Part shown: one piece after another, positions 11,528-22,467 of the stretch | Position numbering within the stretch: the first letter of the stretch is position 1 | Layout: every line of letters starts with the position of its first letter | DNA from: Octopus sinensis | Taxonomy: Eukaryota | Assembly (NCBI RefSeq): GCF_006345805.1 | Contig: NC_043002.1 | Coordinates: forward strand, 11,222,001 to 11,286,000 | Direction of reading: 5' to 3' | Length of the DNA stretch: 64,000 bases | Translations under genes and position numbers: made by a program | Notes under the pieces: model-generated | Database searches by the model: none | Told to the model about the DNA's origin: nothing | Seen by the model: only the letters and a program-made list of their open reading frames with translations

Positions 11528-11705
11528 AACAACACACAAGATGAGGACAAATATCTGTCAAATGTAAATAATGTACATAATTCCTCATCTCTTAAATATA
11601 GAACTATATTGTCTATGATGATGATGATGATAATAATAATAATAAAAAACCAAAAAACATGAAGAGCTTTACTGTTATTATTTTGATTCTTCTTATTTCT
11701 GAAAG

Positions 11706-11782
11706 GTTGACAACCGACAGAACCGACATTTCCAAAACCTTCAAGCTGTTTTAAAGACAATTGGAGAAGATTGGGCTACCAG
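11706..11782 (+). CDS. RARS2: RARS2 exon
   Basis: gaaag|GTT...AG|gtgagt; VDNRQNRHFQNLQAVLKTIGEDWAT, equivalent to [24 protein letters not shown]. Confidence 0.93.
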
Positions 11783-12039
11783 GTGAGTTTTTCTTAATTT
11801 GATATATTTCCTAACGAGATAACTTCCATTTAAGGCTAAAGAATTGTTTATGCAACCATTTGAGGTTCTTAAAAATAATTCCTGCATTAAAATACCAGGC
11901 TGCAAATATTCCAAATTATTTATTAGAAGACTTTCCGAGGAATAATATCCAAATGAAATTCTTTCTATTAAGAATTTTTTTCTAAATCATTGTCTGTTAT
12001 TTTAACCCTTTTGTGACTGTGTTTCTGTTGAAATTCACA

Positions 12040-12420
12040 GCCTTTGCTGGCCGCAGATTCGGAAAGACTGCTAATATTTCCACTCATAAAAACAACAAAA
12101 AGACCGGACTTAATCCTATGGAACACAGAAGTAAAAATTGGAATTTTGCTAGAGCTGACAGTGCCTTGGGAATGCAGAGTAACGGAAGGAGAAGAATTAT
12201 GAGAAATTAATCTAAGAGTTCGGAAAACAGGGGTGGACTTGTCGAGATTACCACCTGGCAGTGGGGCCTAGGCTTCATTGAAAGTAAAATGGCGATGTTT
12301 TTTAAAAGAAGGTTTGCATTTTCGAGCTGAGAAAAGTAATAAGGAGGATACGGGAAGCAGTTGACAAAGCCAGCTTCTATATATATCTGAAACGAGAAGA
12401 CCCAAAATAGCTCGAAAGCC
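12040..12420 (+). mobile_element. Degenerate 3' fragment of a restriction-like-endonuclease (RLE) non-LTR retrotransposon, HERO/NeSL-like
   Basis: From 12098: KRPDLILWNTEVKIGILLELTVPWECRV (PD..E endonuclease signature), then frameshifted GKQGWTCRDYHLAVGPR and IREAVDKASFYIYLKR. Stops and frameshifts present. Confidence 0.75.
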
Positions 12421-13195
12421 AAAACATGCCGACCAGGAAATAGCGTCGCTAGGTGAGGCTGACTGGCACTTAAGCAGCATTGCTGGTTGACAGGTGGGCC
12501 AAGGTAGCGATCTCATTCATTGTGTGCCCTCCCTCCTTCTGGTTCGAAGGCTTGTACCACCAAACAGCTAGTCAGCTCTGGCTGCTGGAACTGAAACTAA
12601 CACGACTCTATTGGAAGGTAGATCTAGAGAGGGTACGGGCCTAAACTATGTGCACTGCTCCTCCATTGCTCAGTTGAAGCTAAGATTGTGCCATGTGACA
12701 GTTAGCTGGTGCTGGCTACTGGAGCCTACCAGCAAGTATTTAAAGGGAAATTTGGCAGGATGGTCATTCACCTGCTGACATTCGTTGATGCTTCATCGAA
12801 GAATCCAACTATGGAAGGCCAAAGAAAAAAATGCAGTCAACACCAGAGTTGAAGACACCTCCAAAAGCGAGGGGGTTGGGCAACCATATCGTAAACAGTT
12901 GAGGAGTAGGGGCCAAAACCAGACATGGTTCCTCCTAATGATGCCCTTAGCTACTGGATCGTATAAAAGGGTTAGTTGTTGGCATTAGGAAGGGCATCAA
13001 GCTGTAGAAACTCTGCCAGATCAAGATTGAAGCCTGGTGCAGCTATCTGATTCGCCAGCCCTCAGTCATTCGTTCAACCCATGCTAGCATGGAAAGCGGA
13101 CGTTAAACAATGATGATGATGATGATGATTGAAAATAAACATCATGTTTTTCTTATTTTTTATTGATCGTAGTCCTATTTTCCTCTTCATTGCAG

Positions 13196-13329
13196 TCTTG
13201 AAAGTGATTTTCATATTGGATTTGGCCGAATTATAGGGATGAATACAAGAAAGGGTAAAGTTATTTTCCTGAAAGACCTTCTTGATGAAGCTCAGCAACA
13301 AATGTTGTCAAAACGAAAGGAAACTTCCT
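13196..13329 (+). CDS. RARS2: RARS2 exon with the class I KMSKS-equivalent region (GMNTRKG)
   Basis: tgcag|T...T|gtaagt; LESDFHIGFGRIIGMNTRKGKVIFLKDLLDEAQQQMLSKRKETS, equivalent to [26 protein letters not shown]. Confidence 0.96.
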
Positions 13330-13807
13330 GTAAGTAGCTGTCACTGCTTGTGTCATATTAGACTTTCTTCTCTCTGTCATATATTCAATACAATATGCAT
13401 ACATCATCATCATTGTCATATCTTTTTACACGTGCCACCGGCACAGGTGCCAGTGAAGCGACTTTGTTAACGATCATGCTCGAATGGTTCCCTTTTACGT
13501 GCCACTGGCATGGAAGCCAGTTAGCTGCTCTAGCAACGATCACACTCGGATGGTGCTCTTGGCACCCTACTAGCACAGGCACAAGTGCCAGTAAGGCGAA
13601 GCTAGTAACGATCATACTCGAACGGTGCCTTTTAAGTGCCACTGGCATGGAAGCCGGTTAGCCGCTCTATCAATGATCACACTCATATGGTGCTCTTTGC
13701 ACCCCGATAGCACGGATGCCAGTCATCGAATGTGATTTTGATTTCACTTGCCTCAACAGGTCTTCACAAGCAGCATTAGGAAGGGCATCCAGCTGTAGTT
13801 TTGATTG

Positions 13808-14097
13808 TTCCTTCTCGAGCCACGCCTGGCTCATAAGGGCCAGTTTCCTTGGCGTATAGGCTCCCCACCTGGACAGGACACCGGTTCATCGCAAGTGAGC
13901 TGCAAGATGCAGGAGGAAAAAGTGAGAGAAAGTTTTGGCAAAAGAGTCAGCAGAAGTTCGCCATTACCTTCTGCTGGAGCCGCATGGAGCTTAGGTGTTT
14001 CACTCATAAACACACACATCGCCCCCGTCTGAGATTCGAACCCGCGATCCCTCATCCACGAGCCCGCTGCTCTAACCACTAGGCCATGTGCTTCCAC
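13808..14097 (-). mobile_element. tRNA-derived SINE (family C, tail type 1)
   Basis: Minus head GGCCTAGTGGTTAGAGCAGCGGG...GGTTCGAATCTC (A and B boxes); body shared with the copies at 23960-24315 and 48100-48410. Confidence 0.75.
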
Positions 14098-14978
14098 ATC
14101 TAGCTGTAGAATCCATGCCAAATCAGACAGGAGTCTGGTGCAGCCCGTCAGCTTACCAGCCCTGGTCAAACCATCCAACCCATGCCAGCATGGACAATGG
14201 ACATTATGTGAGGATGATGATGACAAGTTCAAGATACAGTGATACCTCGCAGTATGAGTTTTATTCGTTCTGTGACTGAGCTTGTTTTATGACTTACTCA
14301 TTTTACAAATCAATTTTCTTCATTGAAATTAACTAAAATATAATTAATCCGTTTCAGCCCTACAAAACCACCCAAATATAATTTTTCATGGGTTTTAAAA
14401 CAGAAAATTTGTAGATCTTAATACAAGTAAAATGACAATTATAAAAAAAAGAGACTGCAAAATAAATATGTAAACTGGTTCTGGAGCCTGGTGCAGTCTC
14501 CTGGCTTCCTCGACCCCAGTCAAACTGTCCAACCCATGCTAGCATGGAAAACGGACATTAGACGATGATGATGATAATGATGTTTTATTAACTGAATTAC
14601 CTTAAAGATGGGACGATTTGTGCGTGAGGAAGACGATGGAGCGGGAAGGAAGAGGATTATTGTTTGGAAGGAGAATCTCCTTCCATTAAGACTTCAGGAA
14701 GAATAATTTCTGACGTTTTCTCTCTCACATCATCATCGTTTAATGTCCGCTTTCCATGTTTATTCACATGCCACCAGCACATGTGCCAGTAAGGCGACAC
14801 AGGTAACGGTCACGCTCGAATGGTGCTTTTTACGTGCCATCGGCATGGAGGCCAGCTTGTCGCTCTGGCAACGATCACACTCGCATGGTACTCTTAGCAC
14901 GGATGCCAATGTTATTGTTATTATTATTTTGAGTAGATTTCCTTTAAAATAGCAATATTTGTTTTTGTATTTTCATAG

Positions 14979-15156
14979 CATCAAAACATGTAGCTGATGA
15001 AATGGCTGTAGCAGACACACTTGGCATCAGTTCAATTTTGGTACAGGACCTGAAAGAAAGAAGGAACTTTGATTATACATTCAGCTGGAAGAAATGTCTC
15101 AACTTCAAAGCCGATTCCGGAGTTTTCTTACAATATGCTCATGCAAGACTTTGTAG
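14979..15156 (+). CDS. RARS2: RARS2 exon (anticodon-binding domain start)
   Basis: catag|CA...AG|gtttgt; SKHVADEMAVADTLGISSILVQDLKERRNFDYTFSWKKCLNFKADSGVFLQYAHARLC, containing the conserved GDTGVFLQYTHARL motif. Confidence 0.97.
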
Positions 15157-15261
15157 GTTTGTTGCCTGTTCAGTTTCTGGGTGAACTTTTTAGTGTCATT
15201 TGTAGATGATGAGGAGCACACACAACTGTATTTTATACAGCTTTACATTTACTTTATAAGA

Positions 15262-15663
15262 AACTAGCAGTATCGCCCGGCGTTGCTCGGGTTTGTAAGG
15301 GAAATAACTATATAAGCATTTCTAGAGATGTAAAGTATAATAGCCATCTCAATATGGCTAACCACAAAGGGGGGGGGGTGTTACTGTCGCTTTTTACATT
15401 CTGAGATTTAATAATAAATTTTTAGAGAGTTACTTCCCTTATATATGCCAAAAATGCATTAAAAATGGGGAAAATTGATGGTAAATTTTTTTTTAAATCG
15501 TAGACTCATCGTAGACGTGCGCTAATACCCAGAAGGGCTCGATATGAATCACGACTATAAGATACCCGGTTTTGGTTAAACTGCACCGCAAAATGTGGGA
15601 GTAGTTAGGAATCTAAATCGTAGGAGACAGACAGCACACAACCTCTCTTTTATATATAAAGAT
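15262..15663 (+). mobile_element. Non-autonomous Helitron/Helentron-like (HINE-like) element
   Basis: Starts ACTAGCAGTATCGCCCGGCGTTGCTCGGG (short hairpin) and ends CTTTTATATATAAAGAT. Further copies at ~20970-21250 (-), 27074-27455 (+), 63684-64000 (+). Class inferred from terminal structure. Confidence 0.65.
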
Positions 15664-15745
15664 AATCAAGATGAATTAGGTACTTAAGTTGAGGCACCAG
15701 GTCAGGCTGGTATGATCCGCACAGCTCGAAGTTAGGTGAATAAAA

Positions 15746-16161
15746 AGCAAATAAGTAACAAGGATGTCTAGGTATCTGTGCATTACAGCCGTTTCAAGCG
15801 GCTCCATTTAATCGATCAAGGAAAACCTTACATCAATTCGAAATACACTGCGTTTCTCAAATGCATAAGACCATATAGAATTCCAACATACAGGATACTC
15901 CATTGTAAGTTTTTTTAGAAAATTTTTCATCAGAACTAGAGAATAAAAGAATGATGTTGCTTTTATTCTCTGGTTCTGATGAAAAATTTGCTAAATAAAT
16001 TATAATGGAATATCCTGTATGTTGGAAATCTGTATGGTCTTACATAGCTGAGGAAGGCAGGGTATTTTAAATTGATGTCATGCTTGCATTGATCAATTAA
16101 ATGGAGTCGCCAGAGACAGCTGTAATTCATTGATATCTGGACAACTTGCTACTTATTTGTT
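15746..16161. repeat. Long imperfect palindrome (foldback element, ~415 nt)
   Basis: Inner arms AATTTTTCATCAGAACTAGAGAATAAAAG / CTTTTATTCTCTGGTTCTGATGAAAAATT; complementarity continues to CAAATAAGTA at both outer ends. Confidence 0.8.
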
Positions 16162-16833
16162 ATATATATATATATTCTTTCTTTCTTTCCTTTCCTGAGC
16201 GTCCAATAACACTATACTTGTTCCACGTCCTCTCATTGTTGTGTTTTCTCTTTGTGTTTTCATGTTTGGATTAACTAAACACTGTCAGATCAGACTGGAG
16301 CCTGGTGCAGCCTTCTGGTTTCCCAGACCCCGGTCGAACCGTCCAACCCATGCTAGCAGGGAGAACGGACGTTAAACGATGATGATGATATATATATATA
16401 TATCTGTAAATGTAATATGTGACAGTTATTCGGTAGCTATGGTAAAACTCTGAGTTTCGGATGCCGAGGTGGAAATCCACGCTGCCATCTCTTCAGTTAT
16501 CCGGCCATCGGAAAAATGCTATGAAAAATGACCGTTATACTAAGGGAATTTACTGTGTGATTGACCGTTATTAAGACAAAAGAGCTGAAAAAAGCCCGTC
16601 ATGTATATGTGTGTGTGTGTGTGTTTGTCCCCCCCAGCATCGCTTGACAACCGATGCTGGTGTGTTTACGTCCCCGTAACTTAGCGGTTCGGCAAAAGAG
16701 ACCGATAGAATAAGTACTAGGCTTACAAAGAATAAGTCCTGGGGTCAATTTGCTTGACTAAAGACGGTGCTCCTGCATGGCCACAGTCAAATGACTGAAG
16801 CAAGTAAAATAGTAAAAGAGTAAAGAGTATATA

Positions 16834-17161
16834 CAGGGTTGGCCAAAAGTCACCTGACAGTAAATCAAAACCCATTTAATTCCAAGATTAAAACAAAAAA
16901 TATTTTATATGAGATTCCGCTAATAAACAGACAAATGTTGAAAAAAAAAACAGTGATTTCAACTCACAGCATTCAATTATTAAACATTCATTATTAGGCG
17001 CAGGAGTGGCTGTGTGGTAAGTAGCTTGCTAACCAACCACATGGTTCCGGGTTCAGTCCCACTGCATGGCATCTTGGGCAAGTGTCTTCTGCTATGGCCC
17101 CAGGCCAACCAATGCCTTGTGAGTGGATTTGGTAGACGGAAACTGAAAGAAGCCTGTCGTA

Positions 17162-17202
<41 letters not shown>

Positions 17203-17490
17203 CTGTGTTTGTCCCCCTAGCATTGCTTGACAACCGATGCTGGTGTGTTTACGTCCCTGTCACTTAGTGGTTCGGCAAAAGAGACCGATAGAATAAGTAC
17301 TGGGCTTACAAAGAATAAGTCCCGGGGTCGATTTGCTCGACTTAAGGCGGTGCTCCAGCATGGCCGCAGTCAAATGACTGAAACAAATAAAAGAGTAAAG
17401 AGTAAAAAGAGAGAGAATGAATCAATAAAATTGAATATTAAGTATTTATGGAATTTTGGTTTACTATCGGGTGACTTTTGGCCAACCCTG
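16834..17490. mobile_element. Tc1/mariner-type MITE interrupted by a SINE (16997-~17410)
   Basis: Perfect 21-bp TIR CAGGGTTGGCCAAAAGTCACC (16834-16854 / 17470-17490) flanked by TA on both sides. Confidence 0.9.
16997..17410 (+). mobile_element. tRNA-derived SINE family B (MetaSINE-like), representative full copy
   Basis: Head GGCGCAGGAGTGGCTGTGTGGTAAG...GGTTCAGTCCC, body GCCTTGTGAGTGGATTTGGTAGACGGAAACTGAAAGAAGCC, internal (TA)/(TG) tract, tail (AGTAAAAG)n. Many copies, e.g. ~9028, 24970, 25503, 39643, 40580, and minus 30590-32410. Confidence 0.8.
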
Positions 17491-17974
17491 TATATTGGAA
17501 AACAGAATGGTAATCATATAGAAAAGGTAAAAACCTACCTGTCTGAATTGACTCATGACTCATGATTTCCATTATGATGTATGAGTTATAGGCGGCGAGC
17601 TGGCAGAACCGTTAGCACACCGGGCGAAATGCTTAGCAGTATTTCGTCTGCCGTTACGTTCTGAGTTCAAATTCCGTCGAGGTCGACTTTGCCTTTCATC
17701 TTTTTCGCCAGCTCTGTCTGGCACGTAAAAAACACCCACTACACTCGCGGAGTGGTTGGCGTTAGGAAGGGCATCCAGCCGTAGAAACACTGCCAGATCT
17801 GACTGGGCCTGACGAAGCCTTCCAGCTTCACAGACCCCAGTTGACCCGTCCAACCCATGCTAGCATGGAAAGCGGACGCTAAATGATGATGATGATGATG
17901 AGTCACATAACTGTCTAAAACATGACTATGTTGTGTTTGGTAACTGTTTCTTTTACAATCCTTCCTTTTAATAG

Positions 17975-18070
17975 CTTGAAGCAAAACTGTGCCATACCTT
18001 TGACCCATTCTGTTGATGCAGCCCTACTAAAGGACCCTGCTGCCTTGCGACTTGTTCTCCACATTTCAAG
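17975..18070 (+). CDS. RARS2: RARS2 exon
   Basis: aatag|C...AG|gtaaga; LKQNCAIPLTHSVDAALLKDPAALRLVLHISR; phase-continuous. Confidence 0.9.
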
Positions 18071-18119
18071 GTAAGATTTGTTTTCTGTATGTCTTTATTT
18101 ATTTATTTATTTATTTCCG

Positions 18120-18398
18120 AACGTGGCTGATGCCAGCGCCACCTTGACTGGCTTCCGTGCCAGTGACACGTAAAAAGCACCAACCGATAGTGACCGTTGC
18201 CAGCCTCCCATGCACCTGTGCAGGTGGCATGTAAAAAGCACCCACTACACTCACGGAGTGGTTGGCGTTAGGAAGGGCATCCAGCTGCAGAAACACTGCC
18301 AGATCAGACTGGAGCCTGGTGCAGCCTCCTGGCTTCCCAGACCCCGGTCGAACCATCCAACCCATGCTAGCATGGAAAATGGACGTTAATTAATTAAT

Positions 18399-18430
<32 letters not shown>
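18120..18430 (+). mobile_element. RTE-type 3'-end element with (GAT)n tail, representative of the most abundant family (>25 copies on both strands)
   Basis: GGAGTGGTTGGCGTTAGGAAGGGCATCCAGC...CCAACCCATGCTAGCATGGAAA...GATGATGAT; the same module follows the RTE ORF2 end at 5980-6560. Confidence 0.8.
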
Positions 18431-18472
<42 letters not shown>

Positions 18473-19927
18473 TTTTGGACCTCATGGAGCCAAGGGACAT
18501 GGTGGTGAAGCATGATCTTTGAATGCTGGGCCTCACCAAGGCAATGACAAATGGCGATATGCTTGAGAAAACTTGTCAAGCCAAGGGAAACCATAACTGT
18601 GACCATTGCTAGTGTCATGCAAATAGCACTCCTGCTAGTGGCACTTAAAAAGCACCCATTACACTCTTGGAGTGGTTTGCATTAGGAAGGGCATCCAGCC
18701 ATAGAAAACATGCCAAATTAGACTGGAACCTGGTGCAGCCCCTCAGCTTACCACTTCCAGTCAAACCATGTAACCCATGCCAGCATGGAAAGCAGATGAA
18801 GGTGATGATGATGATGATGATGATTTTGATACTCATCATCATCGTTTAACGTCCGCTTTCCATGCTGGCATGGGTTGGATGGTTTAACTAAGGACTGGTC
18901 AGCCAGAAGGCTGCACCAGGCTCCAATCTGATCTGGCAAGGTTTCTACAGCTGGATGCCCTTCCTAACGCCAACCATTCTGAGAGTGTAGTGGGTGCCTT
19001 TTTACATGCCACAGGCATGAGGGCCAGTCCGGTGGTTCTGGCAACAACCTCACTCAAAAGGTGTTTTTTACGTGCTACCTGCACTGGTAGCGTCCACGCT
19101 CGAATGTTGTTTTTCTCACGCCACCGGCACATGTGCTGATAAGGCGACACTGGCAATGATCACATTTGAATGGTGCTTTTCATGTGTCACCGGCATGGGA
19201 GTCAATTTATGGGCCTGGCAATGATCATGTTCAGATGTGCTTTTAACATTCCATTGGCCAATCAGGCGGTACTGTCATCGGCCACATCAGTGATTTTGAT
19301 TTTGATTTCACATGCCTCAATAGGTCTTTGCTAGCAAAGTTTATTGTCCAATGAGTGAGGGGTACTCATAAGTGGGCTGGTTACACCCACTGTCTAACAT
19401 TAAAAGTATCCCCACAGCCTTTGAGCTGAAACTTATAAAAGAATAGTCTACTGAAAAATGCTTATTTATAAAGTTTACAAAACTCCTGACAACTCCCTAA
19501 AGTTTAAATCGGTGTTTCTCAACCCTTTTTTGCCAATGGATCCCTTTGGTTTCCATTTTACTCATGTGGGCCCTCATAAACATTTGCTGTCTAAAAAGTC
19601 CTATTATATTTTTATAATTAGACATTATTAGGGACTGTATAAAAATATCGTTAAAATATTTTACGTGTTGTACAAGTATAAATAATTTATTGCTCGTCAA
19701 TTTTAACAACAAAATCTTACACAAACCCTGGTTGAGAACCACTTATTTCATATATATATTCATTTCAAACCATGGATACACTACTATACATGCACATACA
19801 CATGCCCTTCCTCCCTTCTTAACCCCAACCCCTTAAAAATGCATTGCCACTGAGCTCCTAGTCCCTTGGCTAATGTTTTTCTTTACTTCTCAACCGCATT
19901 TCCTCTTTCTCGCTCCTCCTAAACTTT

Positions 19928-19963
19928 TTTTCTGATGAAGGACTAATGTCCGAAATGTTAAAA
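19928..19963 (+). ncRNA. Minimal hammerhead ribozyme, second family
   Basis: TTTT-CTGATGA-A-GGAC(TAAT)GTCC-GAAA-TGTT-AAAA: intact core, 4-bp stems, GUU triplet. Confidence 0.65.
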
Positions 19964-20584
19964 CTCATCCTCTTCCTTCTGTTGAATGGTTAACTAATCC
20001 AGTAGTTGTTAAAACTTGTCCCTCCTGTATTGTTTTTTTTGTCTTGTTTTGGGGTTTTTTTGCGGGGTGGTGGTGGTGTCCATAACATTTCCTCTGTGTG
20101 TGTGTGTATCTCTTATTATAAAAGGCAGATTTTATCTGCCTCCCTTTGGGAGTTATACAAATCTACAATATAGGATTTCTTCAATTACAATTTACCTAGC
20201 AGTTTTAAGAGTACAATGCATCGCGTCATGCCAGGTCCAGTTTTTAAAATTTAAACTCCAATTAAGCAAAATTTACAGAAAACTCACATTCTGGTGTGTG
20301 TGTCAAATGCTTTTCTTAGTCTGGTTTACACCACACGCAAACGCACACACACACAAAGGGAGCGAATTGTTTCACTGACGCTATCACCCTTCTCCTCCTT
20401 TGTCTTTGCAAGTTGGCAGGAAAACAGTGAATCCGACAGCGATTAAGAACACGAATTAGCACCTGAATGGAGTGAAAATTTAAAAACTGTTTCTTTCGGT
20501 GATTTTTCTGAAGAAACTGCACCAAGCCACAGACTTTCCCAGAAGAGTAAAGCCTTACACTATTTCTATTTACTTTTTCGAATG

Positions 20585-20740
20585 AGCCCATTTGAAATCA
20601 TTACGGCAGAAACGAACTGTTACGCTAAACGTAAACAAAACGAAAAAACGATAGTTTGTTATTTCCCACAACCTTAAATGAAATTAAGGCCTATTTTGCC
20701 ATAAATATTATTATGGGTATCAGAAAGTTACCCAGAATAA
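20585..20740 (+). pseudogene. piggyBac (PGBD-like) transposase fragment, frameshifted
   Basis: FEIITAETNCYAKRK, then after a frameshift PTTLNEIKAYFAINIIMGIRKLPR, the typical DDE_Tnp_1_7 N-terminal motifs. Confidence 0.75.
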
Positions 20741-20972
20741 CAATTCTATCGTAAAATTTTGTTGTATACCCATTGATATTAGCTAATAACCCATTTTCTA
20801 TAGCGATGTTTGAACAAAATTTTAATAATTTTACAGAAAGTTACCCGAATAACAAATTCTATCGTAAAATTTTGTTGTATACCCAATTGAATATTAGCTA
20901 ATAACCCATTTTCTATAGCGATGTTTGAACAAAATTTTAATAATTTTACAGAAAGTTACCCGAATAACAAAC
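20722..20972. repeat. Direct tandem duplication of a ~115-nt unit (about 2.2 copies)
   Basis: AGAAAGTTACCC(A)GAATAACAA...TTCTATCGTAAAATTTTGTTGTATACCC...AAAATTTTAATAATTTTAC repeated. Confidence 0.85.
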
Positions 20973-21295
20973 GAGCCCTTCTGGGTATTAGCGCACGTCT
21001 ACGATGAGTCTACGATTTAAAAAAAATTACGATCATATTTTTCCATTTTAATGCATTTTTTTCGCTTTTATATAAGGGAAGTAACTCTCTAAAAATATCT
21101 ACGATGTGTCAACGATTTAAAGAAAAATTTACCTTAATTTTTTTTCAATTTTTAATGCATCTTTTTGCTATTTTTTGGCTATAACTCTCTAAAAATGCTT
21201 ATATAGTTATTTCCCTTACAAACCCGAGCAACGCCGGGCGATACTGCTAGTGTGTCTATATAAGAGAGAATAATATTGGAACGAAAATGTAAGAT

Positions 21296-21868
21296 TGGTC
21301 CCCCATGGTGGTGCGAATTCACCTGCAAGAGTGTTGTGCTACATTAAAGCAGCCATGCAGCTCCACGTAAAAGCGTCCATGTGGTGCCTTGTAAAAGTGC
21401 CCATGTGGTACCGTGTAAAAGTGAGTGCCCATGTGGTGTCACATAAATGGGCACTTTTATGTGGAACCACATGGGTACTTTTATGTTGTACCACATGGCA
21501 CCACATGGACACTTTTACATGGCACCACATGGACACTTTACATGGCGCTACATGGGCACTTTTGCATGGCACCACATGGACACTTTACATGGCGCTACAT
21601 GGGCACTTTTACATGGCACCACATGGACACTTTACATGACGCTACATGGGCACTTTTGCATGGCACCACATGGACACTTTACATGGCGCTACATGGGCAC
21701 TTTTGCATGGCACCACATGGACACTTTTGCTTGACACCACATGAGTGACACCACATGGACACTATTACGTGGAGCTGCATGGCTGCTTTTATGTAGCACT
21801 GCATGAGCACTTTTTGCATGGCACCAGCGCAACGCTCTTGCGGGTGAATCCACACCACCAGGGGGATC
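21296..21868. repeat. Inverted-repeat-bounded minisatellite with an alternating 23/24-nt higher-order unit
   Basis: Units A GGCACCACATGGACACTTTACAT and B GGCGCTACATGGGCACTTTTGCAT arranged A'ABABABABA at ~21497-21728. Outer arms CCCC.TGGTGGTG.G.ATTCACC.GCAAGAG are inverted. Confidence 0.85.
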
Positions 21869-22139
21869 ACGTAAAAGCGTCCATGTGGTTCCATGTAAAA
21901 CCGTCCATGCAGTATCATATAAAAGCACCCAACACACACTGTAAAGTGGTTGGCATTAGGAAGGGCATCCAGCTGTAGAAACCATGTCGAATCAGACTGG
22001 GGTCTGGTGCAGCCTTCCAGCTCGCCAGCTCTGGTCAAACTGTTCAACCCATGCCAGCATGGACAACAGACATTAAATGATGATGATTATGATGATGATG
22101 ATGATGTCTTCCATTCATGTATTTCATTATTTATTTTAG

Positions 22140-22214
22140 ATATGATGAAGTCATATTAAACTCATTTCTTTCCTTCGAGCCATTCCATGTCGTACAATAC
22201 CTCTTCCAGTTGGC
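22140..22214 (+). CDS. RARS2: RARS2 exon
   Basis: tttag|A...GC|gtgagt; YDEVILNSFLSFEPFHVVQYLFQLA, equivalent to [25 protein letters not shown]. Confidence 0.93.
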
Positions 22215-22334
22215 GTGAGTATAAATAAACTATTTATTTACCCTCTTCTTTATACAGTTCTATACTTTAAGAGATGTGGAATTATGTACATTATTTACAT
22301 TTGACGGATATTTGTCCTCATCTTGTTTGTTGTT

Positions 22335-22380
22335 AACACAACGTTTCAGCTGATATACCCTCCAGCCTTCATCAGGTGTC
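22335..22380 (-). ncRNA. Minimal hammerhead ribozyme, intact core, in a minus-strand tail copy (22260-22470)
   Basis: Reverse complement GACAC-CTGATGA-A-GGCTG(GAGGGTATAT)CAGCT-GAAA-CGTT-GTGTT. Confidence 0.72.
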
Positions 22381-22428
22381 TTGGGGGAAATTTCGAACCT
22401 GGGTTCTCGTTCCTAAAGTATTTTCCGA

Positions 22429-22467
<39 letters not shown>

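Larger units (their letters stand above)
11143..11608 (+). mobile_element. Inverted dimer of the tRNA-head/hammerhead-tail element: partial minus copy (11143-~11290) plus full plus copy (11293-11608)
   Basis: Plus copy: A-box-like TGGCTTAGTGG, B-box-like GTTTGATTCC, (AAT)n/(AAC)n, then tail. The same tail is reverse-complemented immediately upstream. Confidence 0.85.

Noticed and set aside
15966-15980. CTGATGA at ~15967 (and ~8921) as hammerhead cores
   Set aside because: No matching stem II plus GAAA plus cleavage triplet; the first belongs to the foldback arm.
21497-21728. CRISPR-like regular repeats and H/G/T-rich ORFs
   Set aside because: No unique spacers, no cas genes, eukaryotic intron; it is a minisatellite.
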